DNA of 64,000 bases from Mobula birostris. Its lineage: Eukaryota. The stretch lies in assembly GCF_030028105.1 (NCBI RefSeq), contig NC_092374.1, positions 37,705,016 to 37,769,015 on the forward strand. Reading direction: 5' to 3'. Shown here in pieces: positions 35,700 through 47,722 of the stretch (position 1 is its first letter; each line of letters starts with the position of its first letter). The notes under the pieces were generated by a model. That model was not told where the DNA came from, did not search any database, and saw only the letters and a program-made list of their open reading frames with translations. A program made the translations under genes and the position numbers.

Positions 35700-37328
35700 T
35701 CCTCTGGATCAGAAGAACTGCACCCTAGGGTTCTGAAAGAAGTAGCGTTGGAAATAGTGGTGGCATTAGAAATGATCTTTCAAAAATCATTGGACTCTGG
35801 CATGGTGCCAGAGGGCTGGAAAATTACAAATGTTACTCCATCCTTTAGGAAAGGAGGAAGGCAGCGGAAAGGAAATTATAGACCAGTTAGCTTGACCTCC
35901 ATGGTTGGGAAGATGTTGGAGTCGATTGTTAAGGATGAGGTGATGGAGTCCTTGGTGGCACAGGACAAGATAGTACAAAGTCAGTATGGTTTCATTCAGG
36001 GAAAATCCTGCCCGACAAACCTGTTGGAATTCTTTGAGGAGATTACAAGTAGGATAGATAAAGGGGATGCAGTGGATGTTGTATATTTAGACTTTCATAA
36101 GGTCTTTGACAAGGTACCACACATGAGGCTACTTAGCAAGTTAAGAGCCCATGGTATTACAGGAAAGTTAGTAACATGGTTAGAGCATTGGCTAATTGGT
36201 AGGAGGCAGCAAGTAGGAATAAAAGGATCCTTTTCTGGTTGACTGCTAGTGACTAGTGGTGTTCCACAAGGGGTTGGTGTTGGGACCGCTTCTTTTTATG
36301 CTGTGTATAAATGGTTTAGATGATGGAGTAGATGGCTTTGTTGCCAAGTTTGCAGATAATACGAAGCTTGGTGGAGGGGCAGGTGGTGTTGAGAAAATGG
36401 GTAGAATGCAGAAGGACTTGGACAGATTAGGAGAATGGGTAAGAAAGAGGTAAATTTAAATACAATGTTGGAAAATGCATGGTCATGCATATTGGTAGTA
36501 GAAATAAATGTGCGGACGATTTTCCAAACAGGGAGAAAATCCAGGAATCTGAGATGCAGAGGGACTTGGGAGTCCTTGTGCAGAACACCCTGAAGGTTAA
36601 CTTGCAGGTAGAGTCAGTGGTGAGGAGGCAAATGCCATGTGAGCATTCCTTTCAAGAAATCTAGAATACAAGAACAAGGCTGTGATGCTGAGGCTTTATA
36701 AGGCACTAGTGAGGCCTAACCTTGAATATTGTGAACAGTTTTGGGCCCCTCATCTTTTTTAAAAAAAAAAAAAGAAAGAAAGAAAGAAAGAAAGAAAGAA
36801 TTGCTGGCATTAGAGAGGGTTCAGAGGAGGTTCACAAGGATGATTCCAGGAATGAAAGGGTTATCATATGAGGAGCATTTGATGGCTCTGGGTCTGTACT
36901 CACTGGAATTCAGAAGGATGATGCGTATCTCATTGAAACCTTTCGAATGTTGAAAGGCCTAGACAGGGTGGGTGTGGAAAGGATGTTTCCCATGATGGGA
37001 GAGTCTAGGACAAGAGGGCACAGCCTCAGAATAGAGGGGCGCCTTTCAAAACAGAGATGCGGAGAAATTCCTTTAGCCAAAGGGTGGTGAATTTATGGAA
37101 TTTGTTGCCACATGCAGCTTTGAAGGCCAGGTCGTTGGGTGTATTTAAGGCTGAAATTGATAGGTTCTTGATTGGACATGGCATCAAAGGTTACATGGAG
37201 ATGGCTGGGAAATGGAGTTGAGGAGGAGATGACAGAAAAAAGGATCAGCCATGATTGAATGGCAGAGCAGACTCAATGGCCCAGATAGCCTAATTTTGCT
37301 CCTATGTCTTATGGTCTTATATGGTCTC
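35700..37328 (+). mobile_element. CR1 LINE, 5'-truncated (RT domain to tail)
   Basis: LHPRVLKE, NYRPVSLTS, VYLDFHKVFDKVPH, KFADNTK, LERVQRRFTRMIPG; tail CCTATGTCTTATGGTCTTAT. Confidence 0.93.
36761..36800 (+). repeat. A-tract plus (AAAG)n microsatellite expanded inside CR1
   Basis: aaaaaaaaaaaaagaaagaaagaaagaaagaaagaaagaa. Confidence 0.9.
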
Positions 37329-38307
37329 GTGTAAAGTGTCCTGAAACACTTCATTATGGTTTTTTTTAAACAAAACTCCTAGCCAGTAGTATAGTTGTAA
37401 AATTTCACCAGTGAAACTCAATAGATTTTAAGGTAATAGCTCGTTTTCTTTTAAATCTAGCTTATTATCAATGTTTATTATCAGTGTTTTATGCAGCTAT
37501 CAAAGTTGCTGGCCAAGTTTCTCTCCACATCTTGTTTTAATGAGCTGTCATTTGCTTATTGTTAAGTTGAAGGTTATTTAGGCTTTTGGACCCACATCAT
37601 CTGACTTCAGGATGAGCCAGTTGCATCAACTTGTTCACTGAAAATTGTTAAACCTAATTCATTGAGGCCATTACATTTGATTTATAGCGATAAGCATCCA
37701 TCTAAAATGACTATCTGCTAAGAATATGTATGGTGCATGGAGAAATGTATTTAATTATAAATATTGTTGCACATATAGCAAATCAAATTATTTTTTCAGA
37801 TATGGGAATTACTGAAAATTTTTTGCCCCAAGTTCTTGTAGTAACAGCAATAACATTTGGAAATCTGAACTTGTCCTGTACAATACAACATAAAGCATTA
37901 CAGCACAATGCAGGCATTTCGTCCCACACACCAATTCTGAATCCGCTACTCTACCTTCAGTGTATTTTGATACATCTTCGAAGAGTTCAGTCAGGCTCAC
38001 GAAGCATGACCTGCCCATCACAAAGCTGATTCTCCCTAATCCAGACTATGCTTCTCAAAATGCTCATAAATCCGTGTCAAAAAATCTTCTCCAATAATTT
38101 GCCCACCACTGAAATATGCTTCACTGGGTTATCCCTAATCCATTTCTTGAACAGAAGAATATCATTTGCCACCCTTCAGTCATCTGGTACTACCCCTGTA
38201 GCCATTCTACACATATGTGAAGGATAAGTGGCTGGCTAGAGTGAGGGTAGAACCAAACAGGGATAGTGAAGGAAACCTGCCTGGATTTGGAGCAGTTAGA
38301 GGAAGTT

Positions 38308-40855
38308 CTTAAGACCATAAGATATAGGAGCAGAAGTAGGCCATTTGATCCATCAAGTCTGCTCTGCCATTCAATCATGGGCTGATCCAATTCTTCTAGT
38401 CATCCCCACTCCACCCCATACCCTTTGATGCCCTGGCTAATCTAGAACCTATCTATCTCTGCCTTAAATACACCCAATGATTTGGCCTTCATGGCTGCTC
38501 ATGGCAACCAAGTCCACAGATTTAACACCCTCTGACTAAAGTAATTTCTCTGCATCTCAGTTCTAAATGGATGTCTTTCAATCCTGAAGTCATGCCCTCT
38601 TGTCCTAGAATCCCCTACCATGGGAAATAATTTTGCCATATCTAATCTGTTCAGGACTTTTTAACATTTAGAATATTTCTATGAGATTCTCCCCTCATTC
38701 TCCTGAGCTCCAGAGAAAACAGCTCAAGAGCTGACAGATGTTCCTCATATGGTAACCCTTTCATTCCTGGAATCATTCTTGTGAATCTTCTCCAAACCCT
38801 CTCCAATGTCAGTATATCCTTTCTAAAATAAGGAGCCCAAAACTGCACACAATACTCCATGTGGTCTTATGAGTGCTTTTATAGAGCCTCAACGTTACAT
38901 CCTTGCTCTTATATTCTGTACCTGTAGAAATGAATGCCAACATTGCATTCACCTTCTTCACCACCTTCTCAACCTGGAGGTTAACCTTTAGGGTATCTTG
39001 CACAAGGACTCCCAAGTCCCTTTGCTTCTCTGCATTTTGAATTCTCTCCCCATCGGAATAATAGTCTGCCTGTTTATTTCTTCCACCAAAGTGCATGACT
39101 ATACACTTTCCAACTTTGTATTTCATTTGCCACTTCTTTGCCCATTCCCCTTAACTATCTAAGTCTCTCTTGCAGGCTCTCTGTTTCCTAAACACTTCCC
39201 GCTCCTCCACCTGTCTTTGTATCATCGGCAAATTTAGCCACATATCCGTTAATACCATAGTCCAAATCATTAACATATATCATAAAAAGCAGTGGTCCCA
39301 ACACCAACCCCTGTGGAACTCCACTGGTATCCAACCAGAATAGGATCCATTTACTCCCACTCTCTGTTTTCTGCCAATCAGCCATTGCTCCACCCACACT
39401 AGTAACTTCCCTGTAATTCCATGGGCTCTTACCTTGCTAAGCATCCTCATGTGTGGCACCTTGTCAAAGGCCTTCTGAACATCCAAGTACACCACGTCTA
39501 CTGCATCTCCTTTGTCTATCCTGCTTGTAATTTCCTCAAAGAATTGTAGTAGTTTTGTCGGGGAGGATTTTCCTTTCAGGAAATCATGCTGGCTTTGGCT
39601 ATCTTGTCATGTGCCTCCAGGTACTCCGTAATCTCATCCCTAACAATGGATTTCAATAACTTCCCAACTACTGACGTCAGGCTGACAGGTCTAGAGTTTC
39701 CTTTCTGCTGCCCCCCACCCTTCTTAAATAACGGAGTAACATTTGCAATTTTCCAGTCATCCAGTACAATGCCAGAATCTATCGAACCTTGAAAGATCAT
39801 TGTTAATGCTTTCGCAATCTCTCCAGCTACTTCCTTCAGAACCCAAGGGTGCACTCCATCAGGTCCAGGAGATTTATCCACCTTCAGACCATTAAGCTTC
39901 CTGAGCACCTTCTCAGTTATCATTTTCATTGCACAAACTTCACTTCCCTGACACTCTTGAATGTCCGATATACTGCAGACATCTTCCACTGTGAATACTG
40001 ATGCAAAATACACAATCAGTTCCCCTGCCATCTCTGCATTTCTCATTACAATATCTCCAGTGTCACTTTGTATTCATCCTATATCTACCCTCGACTCTCT
40101 TTTACCCTTTATATACTTAAAAAAGCTTTTAGTATCATCTTTGATATTAGTCACCAGCTTCCTCTCATAATTCTTTTCCTTCCTAATGACCTTCTTAGTT
40201 TCCTTCAAGTTTTTAAAAGCTTCCCAATCCTCTATCTTCCCACTAGCTCTGGCTTCCTTGTATGCCTTCTCTTTTGCCTTTATTTTGGCTCTGACTTCAC
40301 TTGTCAGCCACAGTAGTGTCCTCCTTCCCTTTGAAAATTTCTTCTCATTTAGAATATACCTGTCTTGCACTTCCCTCATTTTCTGCAGAAACTCCAGCCA
40401 TTAATGCTCTGCTGTCCTTCCTGAAAATGTCAACTTCGGCCAGTTCCCCTCTCATGCTATTGTAATTTCCTTTATTTCACTGAAATACTAACACATTGGA
40501 TTTTATTTTTTTCCTCTCAAATTTCAACGTGATCTCAATCATAGTGTGATCACTGTTCCCTAAGATCTCCTGAACCTTAAACTCTGTTATTACCTCCAGA
40601 TCATTGCACAACACCCATTCCAGCACAGCCGATCCCCTAGTGGGCTCAACAACAAGCTGTTCTAAAAAGCCATCCCTTAGACATTCTACAAATTCTCTCT
40701 TGAGGTCCAGTACTGACCTGGTTTTCCCAATCCACTTTCATGTTAAAATCTCCAACAATTATCATGACATTGCCTTTCTGACATGCCTTTTCTATCTCCT
40801 GCTGTAATTTGTAATCCACATCCCAGCTGCTGTTTGGAGGCCTGTATACCATTGT
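38308..40855 (-). mobile_element. CR1 LINE ORF2 (partial endonuclease, RT, 3' UTR)
   Basis: VYRPPNS, VGDFN, KSPGPDGVHPWVLKE, YLDVQKAFDKVPH, KFADDTK, EYCVQFWAPY; tail at 38308. Confidence 0.93.
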
Positions 40856-40939
40856 TATTGAATATTTTGCTTTAGTATTCACCATTGGTAGGTAGAGATT
40901 GCAGAGCCTCTAGCAACATTCTTTGCATCCTCACTGGCT

Positions 40940-41740
40940 ACAACCCAATAATTTTTCACCTTTCAAAACTCTGCCTCCCAAATTGTCCCTCAGTGATTCT
41001 GTTACTATTGGGTCATCTGTAGAATACTCCCAATAGAATGATTCCTCCCTTCCTGTTTCTGACTTCCACCCACACTAACTCAGTAGGCAATCCCTCCACG
41101 ATGTCCTCACTTTCTGCAGCTGTGATGCTATCCCTGATTAGGAATGTTGCCTTGCCCACCTCTTTTACCTCCCCCGTTGTTCCTTTTGAAACATCTACAC
41201 CCCAGAACATCCAGCAGTGATTTCTACCATTGTGACAGACAAGTCTCAGTAATAGCCACAACATAGTAGTTCCATGCTACGAAGACCTGTGCTCTAAGCC
41301 AGTGGTCCCCAACCACCGGGCCGCGAGGAAACGATATGATTTGGTGATGTGAAACGATATAAATCAGCTGCACCTTTCCTCATTCCCTGTCACGCACTGT
41401 TGAACTTGAACACCCTCCTCCCCCCCCCCCCCCACCCCGTCGGCCGGTCCGCAAGAATATTGTCAATATTAAACCGGTCCACGGTGCAAAAAAGGTTGAT
41501 GACCCCTGCTCTTAAATTCATCCTTGTTCCTGGCGCTACTTGCATTAAAGTAGACACCTCACTGAGGGCAGTTTTGCCCTATCAACTGCCTATCCTCCCT
41601 TGCAGACTCTACATGCTGCACCTACTGGTACACCAATTGCCCCCATTCCCTAACCTATCACTCTGGTTTCCATTTCCCTGCCAAACTCGTTTAAACCTTC
41701 TCAACAGCTCTAGAAAATCTGCCCACAAGGGCATTCTTGC
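40940..41740 (-). mobile_element. CR1 endonuclease-region fragment
   Basis: ORF 41013..41264 LIRDSITA...ELVWVEVRNRKGGIILLGVFYR. Confidence 0.75.
41300..41508. mobile_element. hAT/Charlie-type MITE (209 bp)
   Basis: TIRs CAGTGGTCCCCAACC / GGTTGATGACCCCTG; flanks CTCTAAGC / CTCTTAAA resemble an eroded 8-bp TSD; CCGG subterminal motifs. Confidence 0.8.
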
Positions 41741-41989
41741 ATAAGTGAATTATTCAATAGAGTTATTGGCTGTTCCATGTGGTTTTGATGGTATTGCTCT
41801 TGTATTACCAATAAGTTTGCACAAAAACACTATAGTAGCTGACAAAGCATGAAAATTTTGCAGCTGGCTCCACTTGTTGAATCCCAAGTGCTTATGTCCA
41901 TAGAATCTGTGTCAGAATACTGAGTCGGGCAAGTGTGGTGGGGGGGGGGTGGTGTTGGTGTGGAATAGGAACCACAGCAGTCGGGCAAC

Positions 41990-43590
41990 AGTTGGTAGGG
42001 TTGAGGGCATAGATATTATGACAAGTAAGACTGAAAGGAAGGATAGCAAGGAGCATACTAATGAACATGGTGAGAATGATGGACTGAGGTGGATTTATTT
42101 CAGGCTATAATTATAATAAGTGAGGAGGATGAAGTTAGAGCCTGATTGTTGCCTTTACAGAAACTGGGTTGTATATGAGACAGGACTGGAAGCTCAGTGT
42201 TCCTAGGTTTTATTGTTTTAGACATGATGGGGAAAGTGTTAAGTGGTAGTGGAGTTGCACTACTGAAAGTAGAATGTCACATCAGTATAGAGGACACATT
42301 GGAGGCTCATCCACAGAGACAATTTGAGTGGAGTTGAGAAATACAAAAGATGCGATTAAAATGACAAAATTATACCATTGACCACTGAGAAGTGGAGAGA
42401 CAGATATGTAGGCAGATCCAGGAAAGGTGCAGAAACCGCAGTTTTGTTATAGTGGGACACCTTGACTTCCCCAGTATTAATTGGAACTTTCTTACTACAA
42501 GAAGCTTACATTGGGTGGGATTTCTTCTATGCAGCCAAAAGGAGTTCTGGAAACCATATGTGGAGAGTCCAGCTAGAGAAGAAAACATACTGGAGTCGGT
42601 TTTCGGAAATGAGCCAGGGACAGATGAGATAGCGGATGAACACTTTGGGAATAGTGACCACAGCTCTTTACTTCAAACTAGTTGTAAGTTTGGGTAAAAT
42701 CGGATCTTGCTGGAGGGTAGTAAATTGGGGGAGGATAAACTATGATAGGGTAAGAGGCACTGACTGAGAGCAGCTGCTGTCAGACAAGTCTATGTCTGAC
42801 ATGTCAGAGTTGGTTCAAGACCAGGGAATCAGAGTTCAGGTTTGGCACCTTCAGGTAAGGAGCAAGGATGAGGATGGTAAAGTATTGGAACTTTAGATGA
42901 CCCAAGATGCTCTAAATTTAATCAGGAACAACAAGCAAGCATACGTAAGGATACGTACATACAAAAAACAAGGATTAGTTAAAGCAAAAACTAAATCAGA
43001 CACAGTCTTTGTAAAATATAAAGTTGCAGAAAAGTGCACATGCTGGCAATTAAGACCAAAATGGACCATAAAATGTCCTTGGTAAGCAGGATCAAGGAAA
43101 ATCTCAAGGCATTTTATACTTGTATTAAGAAAGAGGATATCTAAGGCGAGGTTAGGTCCATTCAAGGACAAAGAAGAGAATTTGTGCTTGGAAGCAGAGC
43201 AAGTGGCTAAGGTACTAAATTCGTACTTTGTGTCTGTATTTACTGAGTAACTTCTGGAGAATACTGAGGGAAGGATGGGACAAGCTAATGTGCTGGGATA
43301 TTTTGTGATTGAGGTGGTAGTGCCAGGTTTTCTGAAAATCATTAAGGTGGATTAAGACCTCAGGGCCAGATGGCACATATCCAAAAAGTTTCAAAGGAGC
43401 CAGTGAGGAGATTGCCAAGGATTTCAGAGATCTTTGTGTCCTCGCTAGTAACAAGCAAGGTCCCAGAGGACTGGAGAGCAGCAAATGTTGTGTCCTTGTT
43501 CAAGAAAGGAACTAGAGGTAATCCAGGTAGACCAGAGAGCCTCTTGTCAGTGGTAGAAAGCTATTGCAGAAGATACCAAGGGATTGGATT
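41990..43590 (+). mobile_element. Old CR1 ORF2 fragment
   Basis: LDFPSINW, ILESVFGNEPG, EHFGNSDH, VPEDWRAANVVSLFKKG. Confidence 0.82.
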
Positions 43591-43646
43591 TGTGCACATT
43601 TGTCCAACAATACGTACTGGCAACATGACAACTTTCAAGTTGATGA

Positions 43647-43934
<288 letters not shown>

Positions 43935-44716
43935 TGAATCCATTGTATTGTTATAAAACTGAAATTTCCCCACGTTTGCTTAAAACCATTATAATGGAGA
44001 TGCCAGTAGATATTTTCCATGGTGATGTAGTTTGAGCTATCTTCAGAAAACAAGCCAAGGTTCTTCTGTAGAATTGAGTGGTGGGGGGCAGGGGAGAAAA
44101 GAGGATGGTCTATTCTGATGTGAATTTGGATGATGTAGCAAGGAGCTTCGGGGTTTTTTGAAATATTAAAGAGAAAAGGAAATTTTCACTTTACATATTG
44201 GCATCCAAATTGGAATGGGGCCATGATCTGATGAGATAAATGAAAGAAGTTTGGGTAAAGCTAGGGAGGGGAAACTAGGTTGGTTGATGTCTATTAGAGA
44301 TCTCTAATGATCTCCGCTATTAGAGAGAAAAGTTCTATATAAAAATGCAAAAAATTTTGGGAATAAAATTGGAAATACTTGCTATAGATAACTGGTGATG
44401 ACCATTATTGAAATATGGCGGGTGAATAAATTACAGAAGTGCATGATACTGCCAAAGTATAGTGAGAGGATATCATGACCAAATTTGACTTATCTGCTCT
44501 GGACCTAGGGGAATGTGCTTAATATTATTGAGAAAAGCTAAACTGATTACTTGTTTATAGATATAATTTCAGGATTTTGTATCTTATATTTTAAAATTCA
44601 TAGTTAGACCCAGGTAGCAGAAGTGAAATGACCTCTGTAGGCCGCAATAGTTTTTCTTCCCCACAACCTCATCTGTGGGATGGAATAATGTGCAACATTT
44701 GATCTTAAACATATAG

Positions 44717-44809
44717 GAGATTGAAAAGAGACGAAAAGTAGAAGATGCTTACAAGAATGCAATGTCGGAACTTAAGAAGAAATGTCACTTTGGTGGACCT
44801 GATTATGAG
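44717..44809 (+). CDS. CERT1: CERT1 coding exon (exon 8 equivalent), coiled coil
   Basis: atatag|GAGATT...TATGAG|gtaaga; 93 nt; [31 protein letters not shown]. Confidence 0.96.
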
Positions 44810-45621
44810 GTAAGACTTATTATATTCAATTTCTCTGATAAATCATTTTTGCTTGTCCTACAATGTTCATAATTTGAGTTGGAGAGCAAGGAAATTTGCA
44901 AAATTGCAAAGTTTGTTATTAATGATATAGTAGTTTTGTCTAAAATAAATTTATTTGGATTTTGGGTGCTTAGTTTAAAACCTTCTTGATTTTTTTTAGA
45001 ATAATTTTAGCTTGGTAAACACAAACTTTGCAGCAAGATTATGTTCCTTATTTAAACAAATGCTAAACTTTTCCCACTTAATACCAGCATCGAATTACAG
45101 ACAATGATTGTTGGAAATAATTTCACAATCGCGTTCTTGCAGCAAGCAAAAGGAAAGTTGGGATATGTGCTGCAGTACCAGAGGCTATTCAGAAATAGTC
45201 TTGCTGTGAAATTCATAACATTGTGAAATAATTCCCAGAATAATTCAGACTCCACACAAGAAATTATGATTTTTTTCCAAGGTCAGAGGTTCAGCGGTAA
45301 TTGTATATGAATTCACTTTTTAGATCTAGCTTAATACCATTGAATGAGGTGTTTTAAAGAGAGTATAGTACTCTGATTCTGTATTAGTTGCCAAACCAAA
45401 GACTGCCATGGCAAATTTTGTATAAACACAACACTGTCTAATGGGAAAACTGTGAATTTCTATAACAGTGCTTGTATAAACTTCAAACGTTGTATTTAGT
45501 TTTGGCGAACAGTAATTGCAAACTGCAACCTCAAGTTCTGTGTCAATGTGAACAGCCTTCTGCATATAGTTATATATTTGCAAGTCATTTTAGAGTTCAT
45601 TTTGTTTTGTGCAATCCTTAG

Positions 45622-45723
<102 letters not shown>

Positions 45724-45919
45724 TAAATGAATTTTTGTTGTAACATGCAGAATAAATAAGTGCAAGCCAGTTAAGTGAATTTAAGCTTCAAAAATATGGC
45801 TCTGAAATTATTGACAAAATTATTATACATATCATCTGAGAGGTAATTTTTTTTATATGGATTCAAGGATGTTTAACAGACAAAGTGGATTAGAAGTAAA
45901 TTGGGATTTTAGGTCAGAA

Positions 45920-46290
45920 CCCTTGAGTGTAAAAGAATGAGAGATGATCTCACTGAAACAAAATTCTTAGTTTTGACAGGAGGTTGCAGCTATGATGTCA
46001 CTCCTGGCAGAAAAATTTAGAAACGTTTTAAAATAAGAGATTGGTTATTGGATATTCTGGGCAATTTCTTTAACCAGAGAGTGTTGAATCTTTGGAATTC
46101 TTTACCCAACAAGGCTATGGAGGTTCAGTCATTATGATTTTCAAGAAAGATAAATAGATCTTTAAATGTTAGGGGAACAGGGTGATATGGAGTTGGCTAA
46201 GAAAGCACCACTGAACTGGAAGATCAGGCCTTACAGTTAAATAGTACAGAAGGTACAAGGGGCTGAATAGCCTTGAATCTCTTGTGGCTT
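45920..46290 (+). mobile_element. Old CR1 3' fragment
   Basis: gatctcactgaaac, cagagagtgttgaatctttggaattctttaccc, aaggggctgaatagcc. Confidence 0.65.
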
Positions 46291-46363
46291 TATTTTCCTG
46301 AACAGAAGCAGTTGTGTGTGTTAATCAATTTTAACTGAGTGTTGTAATCATTTTATTTTTCAG

Positions 46364-46456
46364 TCTCATACAGAGAAGTCAAGAATCCATTGGTCAGCTG
46401 CTGTGCCTTTTGGTGATTCCTTCTCAACAGTTGGTACTCACAGATTTGCCAAACAG
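46364..46456 (+). CDS. CERT1: CERT1 coding exon (exon 10 equivalent)
   Basis: tttcag|TCTCAT...AAACAG|gtattt; 93 nt; SHTEKSRIHWSAAVPFGDSFSTVGTHRFAKQ vs human [31 protein letters not shown]. Confidence 0.93.
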
Positions 46457-47647
46457 GTATTTTGAACATTTTTTCCATTGTTAGACAGGAATTCAGAGGG
46501 ATAGCAGAGTATATCCCGATGCCACTGTAATTTATTATGTTCTATAAAAGTTTGTTAATTGTTTAAACTTTTTTTGTCAAAGGCTTAAGTTGGTCGTATC
46601 TATGGAGATGCCACTTGTGATGTCACTTAATGTTGCGATGTCACTGTGAAATCACTGAAGTTCTGCTTGTGAAGGTGTTGATTAGTTGCTACCTTCAGAC
46701 AAGCAGCAATGTTTTCCCCTTGACTGTGAAATATTGGCATGGGAAGGGGAGAATGAGACACTTAACAATTCATTGACTATTAGATCTGATGGAAAGCCTG
46801 AAATTCTTTTCAGTGGTGTTGATGAGAAATAGAATTCAGTAATTTCACAATAGAAATAAATTAGGCATTCATTCTAATCGAGAACATTTTTGTTCAATGG
46901 ATATGTTAAAAATAAGGCCTAATTTTTTTTCAACTGCTTGATTACCTTCTGGTGTTTAAAATGCCACCAGCATTAACCATGGTTTTCACTAGAGGCAATA
47001 ACATCTCTTTTTCATCTGTGATTAGTTTTCATGAGCCATTTTTACAAACAAGCAAAAACATTTGAATTGGTGTTTAGGTACTGGATTAAGAACTGATTCA
47101 CATGTAACTGTTGCATATGAAGCTACTTTGGGCCAGCACCACATAAGTGACGTTTAACTTACAACTGACAAACTATTTAGTTTGAAAATAGAGAACTTTA
47201 TCCTTGTATTTCTACTGCATTTATCTGAAGTATTGAAAGTAATAAACAAATAATCAGTTTCTTAAATGTATATCATTTTTTTAAAAATTGTCTTTGTGGA
47301 TATACTGGATTACTTAAACAATTGATTTCAATATCAAGAATTCTGTTCAGAAGCGGTGGTTAATGACCTGTATAACAGTTATACTTGACAATTTTTGAGA
47401 ATCTGGGCACTAATGGTGACAGTCCAGCAAAACAAATTGATCGTAAACATGCACCTGATTATTGCATTTTCTTCAGGCTCTTCGCAGTGGAATACACTGT
47501 TTAGTTGCATGACATCATTGTGGCTGTTCTCATTTCTTTAAAGCTTATTGGCACTTTATGCACTTTTTTGTGGTGAAGGTTAATGTTTGACTACCTTATT
47601 GTGCCTCTGTTCTGAACTGGGTTTTTCTTTATCTGTCTCTGTGGTAG

Positions 47648-47722
47648 CCCTTTAGTCGCTCTTCCTCCATGTCTTCCATTGATCTAGTCAGTGCCTCAGA
47701 TGATCACAGATTCAGCACCCAG
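47648..47722 (+). CDS. CERT1: CERT1 cassette exon (exon 11; CERT_L/GPBP-specific)
   Basis: tggtag|CCCTTT...ACCCAG|gtactg; 75 nt, phase 0-0; [25 protein letters not shown] vs human 26-aa [26 protein letters not shown]. Confidence 0.95.

Noticed and set aside
47477-47578. Possible poison exon upstream of exon 11 (cttcag|GCTCTT...GTGAAG|gttaat)
   Set aside because: Weak donor and no independent support; contains an in-frame TGA but cannot be told apart from a pseudo-exon
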